From contig CALSCP010002104.1 of assembly GCA_943704425.1 (NCBI GenBank), forward strand, positions 1 to 52,932: a stretch of 52,932 nucleotides of DNA. The letters are read 5' to 3'. How positions within the stretch are numbered: the stretch's first letter is position 1; each line of letters opens with the position of its first letter. This DNA is from Ministeria vibrans ATCC 50519. Its lineage: Eukaryota; Protista; Filasterea. Position numbers and translations under genes: made by a program. The notes below the pieces were generated by a model. It was given only the letters and a program-made list of their open reading frames with translations. It had not been told where the DNA came from and made no database searches. Positions 36,901 to 47,742 of this stretch are shown one piece after another.

Positions 36901-38079
36901 TTTGTAGCCGAGATGGAGCGCGACACTTATTCGCTGGTCAACTCTCAGCTGCGTGCGGCAGGGCGTCTGGACGCGCGCGACGTTGTGGTGGACGAGCGGT
37001 TGCCTGTACTGGGACGCGGTGGCTTTGGCATTGTACGCAAAGGAATGCTATATGGTACGCTCTCGGTGGCGGTCAAGGAGTTACGTGTGGGCGCAGACGC
37101 AACGCTTGACGAAGATGCCGAGTTTCAACGCGAAGTGGAGACGCTACAAACGCTGCGCCATGAGAATGTCGTGCGGTTCTTTGGGTATGGGACGCGTGTG
37201 GCGGAAGGCACAGGCGAATCGGTGACCATTCTTGTGACCGAGTATTGCAGTCACGGGTCGCTCTTTGACGTGCTGTATGTGTCGTCTCTTGAGCTGCCTT
37301 GGGAACTGCGATTGCGTTTCACACTTGACATTGCTCTGGGAATGCGCTACTTACATTCGGACAAGCGTTTCGAATCGCTTGTTGTGATTCACCGCGACTT
37401 AAAAAGTGCCAATGTGCTTGTGGCGGATGTGGGCCACACGTTACGCGCCAAAATCACCGACTTTGGTCTGTCGTGCTCCGTCAAGATCACAGAGACAGTC
37501 ACGGACCTGAGCACACGCGCCAACGCAGCTGGAAGTGTTGCTATGCGGCCGATTCGCAAGCACCGCTGGCTGCCGTGGCGACGCAACAGTATTGTACATC
37601 AGGATGAAGCAGATGGGGAAGAGAGTCTGTCGCAGTTGGAGGAACCATTGCTCGCGTCGACAAGTGCGCTTGATCATGAGACGAATGGCGTGGAGACAAT
37701 GCAGCCGGCAGCAATGACCAAGGGAGTGTGTACGGCTCGATGGCGTGCGCCCGAGCTGTGGCCCACGGCGCGTTCTGTAGATGGCAACGGACGAGTGGTG
37801 TACACCAACAAGATTGACGTGTTTGCCTTTGCGATGGTGATGTACGAGATTGCGGCGCGGTCACTGCCCTTTGAGCAGCAATTTACCCAAAACGCGCCCT
37901 CCTTTGACCTTGGCCAACATATCGTGGGCGGAGGGCGTCCGTCCGTCGAGGGTGTCCTCTGCTCCGACGGCTTTCGTCGCATCATGATCGCGTGCTGGGC
38001 TCCTCTGCCTTCCGAACGTCCCAACTTTCGGGATATTGTTGATCGACTGGATGAGATTCGGCGAATGCAACAGCAGTGA
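33955..38079 (+). CDS. Single-pass receptor TKL kinase: Kelch propellers, Cys-rich/ephrin-like repeat, EGF, TM, kinase
   Basis: Exons 33955-34281 and 34342-38079; signal peptide; repeated FGG/W Kelch motifs; CLACPQGTFS..C..CP; EGF CHNNGRC..CSC; TM ILYGGLTVLAVLGLLVALLL then RRRR; LGRGGFG, VAVK, HRDLKSAN, DFG, RAPE. Confidence 0.92.
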
Positions 38080-38224
38080 ATACCCAAGTAGTGTTTATTT
38101 ATTGTTGTTGATGGGCGTATTAACTTATTAATAGCACCGATAATAATTAAAAATAATTATAATTATTATTATTATTAATTTTTATATTGACCATTAAATT
38201 TATTGTGAATTTGCTCCATTTTCA

Positions 38225-39734
38225 ATGTCTATCACAGTAAACCTCTTACGAAAACGCGCCGAACACAACAATGGAGAAATCTCAACGCTTGAAGAGGTAA
38301 CGCTTTGTCGATTTCCTTCACCATCCTCACGCACCGTATTAGATCTCTCTTCACCAAGAAAACCTCGAGAGGATAGACCTCCTGAACAGTACATGCCGCC
38401 AACTGCGCATTCTCTACTTACAATCCAATCTCATTGCGAAAATCGAGGTAGATCGGCTGTTGCCAAGGGCAACAAGAAGCCTTCGCGTTTCAACTGCCTT
38501 CTCCCGACGTAGAATGTGAACCGCCTCAAGTCCCTCGAGTATCTCAACCTGGCACTGAACAATGTGAGCCGTATCGAGGGTCTTGAAGGCTGTGAGAGCC
38601 TACTCAAACTTGACCTGACCGCCAACTTTGTGGCGGACCTAATCAGTGTCGAAGTGCTGCGTTCCAATCCGCTGTTTCGCGAACTGTATCTCACGGGGAA
38701 CCCCTGCACCAAGTACGACGGCTACCGTGCCTTTGTCGTGCAAGCCTTGCCTGCACTTCAAATGCTCGATGGCGTCGAAGTGACGCGTCTCGAGCGCATC
38801 GAGGCGTCGCAACAGGCCGAGGAGCTTCGCACGAGCATCAAGCGCCAACAGACCGAGTGCATGGCGGAACTTGCCCAACAGGAGCAAGAGGAGGCAGAGG
38901 CGGTAGCGGCAGCCAAGAAAAGTCGCAGCAGCGCCACAAACGACGCCGACGCCGACGACGATGAGGCTTTCTGGAAAGAACCCACATCTTACACGCAAAC
39001 GGGACGCATTGAGACACACCGCAAATTGCAAGAGAAACGCGAACAGGAGCAAAACAAGACACCCAATGACGATACTCAAAACAAGTTCACCACTTCTATT
39101 TGTGCCAGTGATCCGCCACTGATGCGCGACGGTCGCATTTTGCAGCGAAACGAAGCGCGTTACACTTTTGCCTTTGCAGAGGAAAACACCACTCAACGTC
39201 AAACCAACGAGACTCTTTTTGACCGTTTGGTCTTTACTGTGCAGCTTCCGCGATTTCTTGACACATCATTAGTTGATTTGGACGTACAACCTTTCTACCT
39301 TCGAATGGTCGTCAAGGGAAAACTCCTTCAAGTATCAAAATTACAAAAAAAAAAAAAAAAACACACACACACACGCACACACACAAACTAATTTTGTGTT
39401 TCTTTTTGTGTGGTGCTTTTTTTGCTTTGTTAAGGTTTTGCTTCCGCACGAAGTGCATCCAGATCAGTCGAGTGCGCAGCGCAGCTCAATCACTGGCGAA
39501 TTGAAACTCACTCTGCCACTTGTCAACCCTCACAAAATCATTTCTGCGCAATCGGTTAAACTTGATCGCAACGCAAAATCGGTCTCAACCCATCACAAGA
39601 AACAAGCATGCAATCGAAAATTAATATCACTTGAACTTCCTTTTGTTTAGGTGATTACTGAAAGCGCATTGGCCAAAGAAAAGGAACCGTCAACGGGATT
39701 TGTAGATAATCCAGAAGTTCCGCCTTTGGAATAA
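38225..39734 (+). CDS. DNAAF11: Dynein axonemal assembly factor 11 (LRRC6/tilB)
   Basis: ITVNLLRKRAEHNNGEISTLEE|ISLHQ; LYLQSNLIAKIE; LEYLNLALNN; LYLTGNPC; CS-like FLDTSLVDLDVQP..VKGKLLQ; terminal DNPEVPPLE. Confidence 0.93.
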
Positions 39735-39764
39735 CAAATTAGAATTGTTAATGTTGTCTGTATA

Positions 39765-39926
39765 AAAGAACTCTACTCGTTTAATCATTTTTTGATTACT
39801 TCTAAGATTCAATATTTCAAGTAAAATACAATGGGTTTACATTATAAAGAACTCTACTCGTTTAATCATATTTTGATTCCTTCTAAGATTCAACATTTCA
39901 AGTAAAATACAATGGGTTTACATTAT
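39765..39926. repeat. 81-bp tandem duplication between two convergent 3' ends
   Basis: 39765-39845 vs 39846-39926, 3 mismatches by eye. Confidence 0.92.
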
Positions 39927-41734
39927 TTACATTCCAAAATCGGGTAGCAATGATCGAACGCGATCTCTCAACTACACATAAAGTCAAAACAACCCAACGT
40001 CACAATATTTTTTATTTTACCTTTTCCTTTCGAACGTTCCTAAGCCGATTGTCTCTCTCTAAAGGATATCGTCGCATCCACGCTCGAAAAAAATGCCCCA
40101 AAATTAACCTAAAAACAAAACAAAAATTAATATAATTATTATTTTTAAATTCACTACAACTCAAAAATATGTTACCTCGAATGAAAATTTTCCGCACACT
40201 CGACCGAGTTTGTGCGCGCAACCCACAGAGTCCAATTGCGCTCTCTTGTATCCACCAGACTCTTCCAGGCACAAACCATTCTCCGCACAATCTTTCGTTT
40301 CATAGTCTCTTGTGCGTTTCTCGTTCGTTCCTCTTCACTCTCCATTCGAACTTTCCAGCGCAAGAAACACTCTTTTAGCAATGTCTGTTCTCGTTTCAGC
40401 TGACACATTCGCTGGGTTTGTTGTGTGCGCTTGCGCCACACACTCAACCAGCAGTTCAGGCGCATTCGTTCCCGTTTTTCTTTCCCTCTCTTCCACTGCT
40501 CCATCACTGACACACACACTTTTCGCTTCCACATTTCATCCGCTCGTGTCAGCTCACCCCGTCGTCTCTCCCGCACCCGCTCAGCCTCTTCCTTCTCCCA
40601 TACACTCTCCAGTTGCTCTCGCTCTTCCTTCTCCCGTTCCTCTTGTTCCTTCCGCTCCGCTTCCATCCGCGCCCGTTCCTTTTGTCGCTCTTCCCGCTCC
40701 TTTCGTTTTCGTCGAATCTCCTCCGCTCTCCCATCCATTGTTGCCACTCCCGCACTTCGCTGCGATTGCACCCGTGCAGCGTTAGATTTGCTCCTTTTCG
40801 TCGTCTCATCTTTCTTCTCCTTTTGCGCAGTACTTTCCTCTTCGACCCGCTTTGCTTGCATCAGCTGTTTTCGTCGCTCCAACAACTGCGCCATTTTCTC
40901 GCTCACTCCCACTCGGTGCTCCTCCACACGCTCGCGTTCTCGTCTCTCGTGCGCCACCCAACTGCTCCATCGTCGCATCGCGCGACGAAGCAAGTGCATC
41001 CGTCCCATCTGCATCTGCGTCGCGTCTGCTTCCTCACGCGTTGTCGTACGTATTGTCACTTCGAACTTGCGCGCCCGACGCTTGTAGTTGAAACACGCTC
41101 GCCAGCGTCGCCAAAAGTGTTCCAGGCGTTGCCACCGTGCACGTGCCATAGCACGAACCATCACGGTAAGTCTGTACTGTGTGTATCCTCGCCAGGCAGC
41201 CAGGACGCGTCGCAGGTGCTGCTGGCGCGCCGCCTGCTCCAGACGAGCCGCCTCGTCCATCTGACGCACAAGCGCTGCGCGCGTGACCACCGTGCGTTTT
41301 CGTTGCTCTCGTTCCCGCTCACGCCGTTGCCGTTGACACTGCTCCTCGCGCTCCTTTGCTTGCCGCTCCTCTTCGCGTCGGTGGCGTCGCTCCAGATTCA
41401 AATCGGCGCGCGCCCGTTGCGCCTCAAGACGCTCGCGCGTCAACTTGGCCTGTTGCTCTGCCACCGCCGCCATGTGTCGCTTTACATCAACTTCTTTGGC
41501 CTCGCGCTGCCGCTGCTGCAGCAGACCCGGCGTAGACGTCGCTGTTGCCGTCGCGAGACGAGCGAGTTTTCGTTGGCGCACCGCTTTGTGACGCGCCTCG
41601 CTCTTGGACGGATCAAACGGCGCCGAGACGGGTGCAAAGGCCAGCTCGGGAGCAACACGTAAAGCAGCATCCCGTAGAATACGCCGTGCCTCGGCACGTG
41701 CCATCACCTCGTCGACACTGAGTGACGTGCTCAT
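39927..41734 (-). CDS. CCDC191: CCDC191-like coiled-coil protein with Sfi1-like W repeats
   Basis: EARHKAVRQR; repeated L...W..W motifs; two small 3' exons splice to ..LILGHFFRAW..RKEK|LRDRVRSLLPDFGM*, resembling the recalled CCDC191 LRxxVxxxLPDF end. Confidence 0.6.
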
Positions 41735-41835
41735 TTTTTTGAAAAAGGAAAAAAACTTCATATTTTTGCGACAGATCGTCAATTCGTCAACATGAATTCG
41801 AATTTTTTAATTCTAATTATTGTAAGTTATTTTTT

Positions 41836-44800
41836 TTACATAACAACACGAAAGAGATGCAAACCAACACCACTGATGGCCAAGAGAGCGCCCGACTCAG
41901 ACACGGCCATCCCCGAGACATCTGCCACATCGACAAGATGTGACTCACGCAGTACCAATGAAGACAGCGACTCCTCCTCAGTGTCATGAGATTGCCCTGC
42001 CAGAGCCCATCGGCTCAGCCGCTGGTCCATTCCCACTGAACACAGTGAAATGTCGCGTCCGGGAAGGAAACAGACGGCCATGGCGAGGCTCGAGTGTGCG
42101 GCGGTGTTGAGCCAGCGACGCACGACATGCGTCTCGGCGGGATGTGTTGAAGAGGCGCGCAGGAGCAGCACAGCAACGGCGCCGTCGTCGCCTGCGCTCG
42201 CCACAAACACAGTGCCTGGACTGTGTGTGCATACCGCAAGGTCATTGACGCCGTTCTGGTGCACTGTGACGGGTTCCATGGTGAGAGCGAGACGCGCCAC
42301 GGTGCTCTCGTCGGGCTGTGTCGGTTTGGTTGCGCCCGCAACCACAGGAGGCGTATGCGCAAAAGCTGTAGCGTGCGCAGCAACACTGTGTGCCACAAGA
42401 CGTCCACTGGTGGCGGCGGTAAGCAGCACAAGACAGTCCGGTTCGAGGGCAAATGATGACGCAGTAAGACAGCGTGAGTGGTCGCGCGCCAATGCGAGCA
42501 GTGAGAAGGTGCGCGTGTGGGAGTCAAAGCCCAACAGACGAAGGAGCGTGTCGGACGTGCCAACGGCCAAGAGCCAGCGATGAGGCGACGCTGTGGGGTG
42601 TGCCGAGAGCGACATGACGCGCGTATCCACGTCGGGGTTGTGCACGAGCCATGCGGGACACTTGGCCCAACGCATCATTTCATTGTCGGTAGAGGGACAC
42701 ACACGCCACACAAACACCTGTTGCTTGCCACCCGCTGAGAAGACAAGCCAGGCAGCGTCAGCAGACGAGGACGACGATGTATCACGCACCGCCGTAATGC
42801 AGCGCACACCCGTCTCGTGGCTGTCCTGGCGATGCACTCGCTCCAGCGCGCACTCAGCCCCAATCCCCGACACCACCGCATCCGTTGCACTGCTGCGACG
42901 CACACGAAACATGTTCACCCGACAGTCTTCGCCACTGGTGAGCAGCGCATCGTCGCCCACTGCAACCACACAGTTGCTCTTCTGCCCATGATACGCATCA
43001 TGCAGAATCTTGGTGGTCGTGGGCGACACGACTGGCGCCACTCTCGGCTGCATCAGCGCCTCCTGCTCCGGCGCATCAGCAACCCAGTCACGCACATTCA
43101 CATGCTGTTGATGGATGTATGTCATGGACCAGCACATGGGACGTCCCGAAAGCGGCATAATCGACCCAACACCCACCGAGACCGAGCGGTGTCCGCCCCC
43201 ACATGGCACTGTAAAGATGTGCATGGGCCGCGACACGTTCCAGCACACCAACTGTGGTGACCGAAATCCCGTTGCAATCACCACATCCGATTCCGATTCA
43301 TCTTGCCCTCCCACAGCACTACCACCGGCGGTCGTGCCCTCATCGTGACTTCCTCCCTTCACGACAATGATACGATTCACCCAGTCGACGCCACGAGCAA
43401 ACTTTCGACGTGCCGTCACGTGCAATTGCCATGCGAGTGGATCCTGCGTGTCCAGACGCACCCAACAGATCATCCCGTCGCGACCCGCACTAATGAGTGT
43501 TGCACCGTCGCGCAGTGCTACGAGAAATGTTGCGCCCTGCCCAACATGCACACGAGGCAGTGTGAAGACGGGCGAGAGTGGTTTGGACCCGGTGGCTGGT
43601 GCGTCAATATTGAACAGGTGCAGATTGCCGCGACGATCACCTGCGACAAATGCACGCAAATACTGTTGCTGCTGTTGATTCTGGTGCGTAATGGGTGTCT
43701 CAAGTAGACATGAGGACTGGACAAAGCCACCGGGCGTTGCGAGACGGTGGATGGTGGGCGACTGACCGCCGAGTGGTGGTACTTCGGTGAGGTAGAGGAG
43801 TGAGCCGGGATCGCCGGTGACGCCCACGTAGCGCCCGTGTGAGCAGAAGGAGAGGGTGAGCACACGAACGCCTTCAACAACGGTCCATTCGCGGGGCAGA
43901 TCCACAAGCTGGCCAGTACGTGCGTCAACTGAGAGTGCCAAGACAGTGCCACTCAATGAACCGTAGGCAACCCACAGTTTGGATTCATCTTCGGAGAGTG
44001 TCTCGGCCGACGACACATAGCCGAGCAGTGCGGCGCTCTCGGCGACCTGCGTCCACTCCGCGTCGCGCGGATGCACACGCACCAACACTCGACCCAGTCG
44101 CGTGATAACCACCAGCACTCCGTGCACTGTCATGGCCGCGGTGCGTGGGTTGTCCGTTTGGTCTGGCACAGGGTACGCCGTCTCACCCTCACCCTGCTCA
44201 AACTGCTGTGCTCCTTCTTCCACTGCCGCTCCTGCTGCTGTGTTGTCGTCGTCTTCTGCGTCTCCGTTGGTGTCGTCCAGCGACCACACACGCACGGCAC
44301 AGTCATAGGCACCAGTGACAATGGCACGCCCATCCTGCGTGAGTGTCAGTGCGCGAATGTCTTTGCCTTCGTGTCCGCGCATCACGCGCAGACTGGCGCC
44401 CGTCTCGACGCTCCACAGACGCACCGTGCTATCTTCGCCCACCGTCACAATGCGAGTGTCGTTGTCAACGAGCGTGGCGTCCCACAAACGCGACGAGTGT
44501 CCCCACAGCGTGACGCCCTCGTGCACGTCAGTCTCGCTCTCACCCCGTGTCCACGGCAGTTCAGGAAGATGCCACACACGACAACTACGATCGTCCGACA
44601 CTGTCATTAGAGTGCGACCGTCCTGCGAGAAGGAGCAGTTGAAAATCACGCCGGCATGGCCCGACAGGGTGGCCGTGACAGCGACGGGCGATGCGTGCGT
44701 ATTCGAAGACGCAAACGGAAACCAGAGAAGGACCTTGTTGAAGACGGTGCCGCACGCAACCACGAGTGCACTCAAAGGCTGGCCGTCGCGCAGGTAGAAG

Positions 44801-45330
44801 CGCGCGCCATAGAGAATGGAGCGAATGGTGCAGGAGACGGTGCGGACGGGCGATGGCGAGTCAGGACGCCAAAGAAGCACAGTGTTGTGCGCTGTAATGA
44901 TAGCAATGTGACGCCCCGCAGCCTCGTCGTCGCCGGGCACGGCAAGGCAGTCGTGGATCCAGTCGGGGGCAGCGAGGCGGTGCTCGACAAGGCCCGTGTC
45001 GACGCGCACAAGGGCCACGTCGCGTTGCCCAAAGACAATCAGAAGTCCCTCGTCAAACCACTGGATGCCGTGCACAGCGCCGCCGGGAAACAGAACAGAC
45101 TCGCGCAAGACGCGCCCCGTCACCAGCGACACAAACTGCAGGACCTGCACAAGACGAGAGAGGCGAAGAGAGCGATTGAGGCGTGCTTTCGTTTTTTTTC
45201 CTTCTTTTTTCCTTCTTACGGACGCCCGACCCACCACCAACACTTGATCGTTGATGCACTTTAGGGCCAGAACAGGTGCTGCCAGAGCATGCCGTGCCAG
45301 TCGAGGGACATCGTCCTCGGCGCACCACAT
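41836..45330 (-). CDS. WDR6: WD-repeat protein WDR6/Trm734 (tRNA 2'-O-methyltransferase regulator)
   Basis: VACGTVFNKVLLW; LSGHAGVIF; TVSDDRSCRVW; LWGHSSRLWD; GEDS; GDRRGNL; CGGGHRS; HQNGVN; probable in-frame intron near 45142-45219. Confidence 0.85.
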   Translation of the reverse strand: MWCAEDDVPRLARHALAAPVLALKCINDQVLVVGRASVRRKKEGKKTKARLNRSLRLSRLVQVLQFVSLVTGRVLRESVLFPGGAVHGIQWFDEGLLIVFGQRDVALVRVDTGLVEHRLAAPDWIHDCLAVPGDDEAAGRHIAIITAHNTVLLWRPDSPSPVRTVSCTIRSILYGARFYLRDGQPLSALVVACGTVFNKVLLWFPFASSNTHASPVAVTATLSGHAGVIFNCSFSQDGRTLMTVSDDRSCRVWHLPELPWTRGESETDVHEGVTLWGHSSRLWDATLVDNDTRIVTVGEDSTVRLWSVETGASLRVMRGHEGKDIRALTLTQDGRAIVTGAYDCAVRVWSLDDTNGDAEDDDNTAAGAAVEEGAQQFEQGEGETAYPVPDQTDNPRTAAMTVHGVLVVITRLGRVLVRVHPRDAEWTQVAESAALLGYVSSAETLSEDESKLWVAYGSLSGTVLALSVDARTGQLVDLPREWTVVEGVRVLTLSFCSHGRYVGVTGDPGSLLYLTEVPPLGGQSPTIHRLATPGGFVQSSCLLETPITHQNQQQQQYLRAFVAGDRRGNLHLFNIDAPATGSKPLSPVFTLPRVHVGQGATFLVALRDGATLISAGRDGMICWVRLDTQDPLAWQLHVTARRKFARGVDWVNRIIVVKGGSHDEGTTAGGSAVGGQDESESDVVIATGFRSPQLVCWNVSRPMHIFTVPCGGGHRSVSVGVGSIMPLSGRPMCWSMTYIHQQHVNVRDWVADAPEQEALMQPRVAPVVSPTTTKILHDAYHGQKSNCVVAVGDDALLTSGEDCRVNMFRVRRSSATDAVVSGIGAECALERVHRQDSHETGVRCITAVRDTSSSSSADAAWLVFSAGGKQQVFVWRVCPSTDNEMMRWAKCPAWLVHNPDVDTRVMSLSAHPTASPHRWLLAVGTSDTLLRLLGFDSHTRTFSLLALARDHSRCLTASSFALEPDCLVLLTAATSGRLVAHSVAAHATAFAHTPPVVAGATKPTQPDESTVARLALTMEPVTVHQNGVNDLAVCTHSPGTVFVASAGDDGAVAVLLLRASSTHPAETHVVRRWLNTAAHSSLAMAVCFLPGRDISLCSVGMDQRLSRWALAGQSHDTEEESLSSLVLRESHLVDVADVSGMAVSESGALLAISGVGLHLFRVVM

Positions 45331-45499
45331 TGAATAAAATTTGTGAATTAGTATTATTCATTTGTCATATTTTATCCATATTGATCAATATTTTCCCTTT
45401 CACGCGTGCTTCACGCTCTCGTTCACGTTGAAAGTCTACCCCTAACACGGCTACATTTCACATAATAGACTTGGTGAACCTTCGACGACGAATGCATTG

Positions 45500-47202
45500 A
45501 TGCCCTTTGTGCTGCTTCTGCTGACGGCCCTCCTTGCGGGTGCCAGTGCGGCCAGGGACGCCCCTGCTGCCCCCACTCGACCCCGGCGCATCGTCATGTC
45601 GTCCCTGGGCATGATGGGCCACCTCCAATCGCTGATTCCCATTGCGCATGAGCTGATGGCACGGGGCGAGGATGTGCTGTGGCTGGCACCCGATTCGTAC
45701 ACAAACCACCTTCTGGAGGGCATTCCCACCTACGTGCTGCGCGGTGACGTGTACACGCGTGGTTTTGAACGTGACCTGTGCACCAACGCCAGTCATTTTG
45801 CCGAAATTGGCGACCAGATGAGTTTTGTCAAGTTGGCATTCGAAAAAGTGATGTTTAAAAACTTTGCGGAAGTGTATCGCGACGCCAAACAGCAAATTGA
45901 CCGGTTCAAACCGGACGTCGTGCTGGTAGACTTTATGTCGTTTAGCGTACTCACAGCTGCGATGGAAGCGGACGTTGCCATCGTCATCAATCAGCCAGTG
46001 ATGCCCAACGTAAAATTGGACTTCACAAGCGCTGGGAATCTCGGCTCTCAGTCGGCGTACGACCTGCAGTCTCCATTCAGCCGGCTGGGTCGCTGGCTGG
46101 AGAACCAGATGATATTCAACTTTGACATTGTGGGCCATTACGTGCTTGATCTGGACGCGCTCTATGCATCCGTCGGTCTGGTGTACAGGGGATTCGACGT
46201 GTACGAAGATAGCGGAGTTGTCATTCATCCCACTTACATTGGCTTTGTAAGGAATTAATTTGTTGTTTTCACTTTGGGTATTTTGCTGTTGTGTTTTGCT
46301 TTATTGAATGTGTTCGTTTTTAGATGTGGCCTCACGCCGTTCCCTCCAATCACTTCTTTGTGGGCCCCGTGCCGTTGCCCGAGGACCACTTTGACCCGGA
46401 CAGCTGGAAGCAGCTCGATCAGGCGACCTTGGACTTTCTCAACAACAATGCGAGCGATGATGGAGTCGCACTGGTGAGCTTCGGCTCGAGTGGGTTCCTG
46501 CCGGTCTCGCGCATGGTGGAGATTGCGAAACTGGTGCGTCTGCTCAACGGTGAGGGAGGGAGCACGGTGCTGCGGATGCGAGTGCTGTGGCGCATGCCGG
46601 TGTGGCAGCAGGAGAGTCTGGCAAAGGCAGGTGTGGACGTCAGCACCATGCCCAACCTGCGCATTGTCACCTGGCTGACTCCTTCGCTCATGGCCGCCAT
46701 GGCCCACCCGCGCGTCCGTGTGTTCTTTACGCACTGCGGTCAATCGTCTCCGTTTGAGGCGATCGCTGCAAACCTGCCGATGGTGGGTGCGGCGGCATTG
46801 GCAGACCAGATGGGCAAGGCACATCTGCTGGACTATGCGGGAGTGGGTCATGCGTCGTCCTTTCCCATCACCGCCCCGACTCTGTTGGAGACTCTTGAGC
46901 AGACAATGGAGGAGCACGAGTATGCGCGTCTTGTGGACAACATGGTGCGACAGCGCTATCTTGCGCGCAGTGCGGGTGGGTTTAAGCGTGCCGCCGACAT
47001 TGTGCAGGAGACGGCGCACATTGGCACACGCCATCTGCGTCCCGTCAACTACGACTGGTCGATGGTGCAGCGTCTCAACATTGACCTGATGGCCATGTTG
47101 TGTGTCTTTACGGTGGTTGCGACGCTGTGTGTGTTGTTCTGCTGCCGTTGCTGTTGCAGTGCGTGCAAGTCGAAGGCGCAGAGGAAGAGCAAGAAGGACT
47201 AA
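45500..47202 (+). CDS. UDP-glycosyltransferase (GT1, ER-luminal UGT type), copy 1
   Basis: Exons 45500-46246 and 46324-47202; signal peptide; GH catalytic His; LVSFGS; AHPRVRVFFTHCGQSS..EA..PMVG..ADQ signature; C-terminal TM and KSKKD dilysine. Confidence 0.93.
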
Positions 47203-47347
47203 AATGGATGTTTTGATTTTGTTTAATAATGCAGCTCATTATTAATGATAATTATAGTCATTACGCGAAGAGCCGAAGACACAGTCAGACCACTTTGCAA
47301 AACATTGCTCGGAATAACGCTTCGTAAAGGAATCAACGTATATTAAT

Positions 47348-47479
47348 TGATTCTGTGAATTGTGACTGATTCTGTGAATTGTGACCTTATCAAATAAAAA
47401 TTAATAATCTTTTAATGCCCATTGAACAGCTAATTGAGCTGGGCGATTGTTGGATGAGTTGGTCACTTGGATGACTCAT
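47348..47479. promoter_or_regulatory. 19-bp direct repeat plus AP-1/GCN4-type site upstream of UGT copy 2
   Basis: tgattctgtgaattgtgac at 47348-47366 and 47367-47385; ATGACTCAT at 47471-47479. Confidence 0.35.
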
Positions 47480-47742
47480 TTGGATCGTTGTGGATCAGAG
47501 AGTGAGTGCTGAGAGGCCCAAATAGGTTTCTTACAAAATTCGGTCACAAACAAAGAATTCTTCCGCTTCCTACCGAGTACAATCATACTAAATAAAATTC
47601 CTCGCATCCAAACAATGCAATGTTTATTCACAGAAAGGAATTTGGACCACACTTCAATTGTACGCTTTCTCGGTGCGCGTACATTGTACAGACAGCTCTG
47701 ACCGGCCACCACGCGCAACAAGCAACCGTATCGCCGTCGCTC

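Noticed and set aside
34342-38079. True receptor tyrosine kinase
   Set aside because: Catalytic loop is HRDLKSAN, not HRDLAARN or HRDLRAAN, so it is classed as TKL
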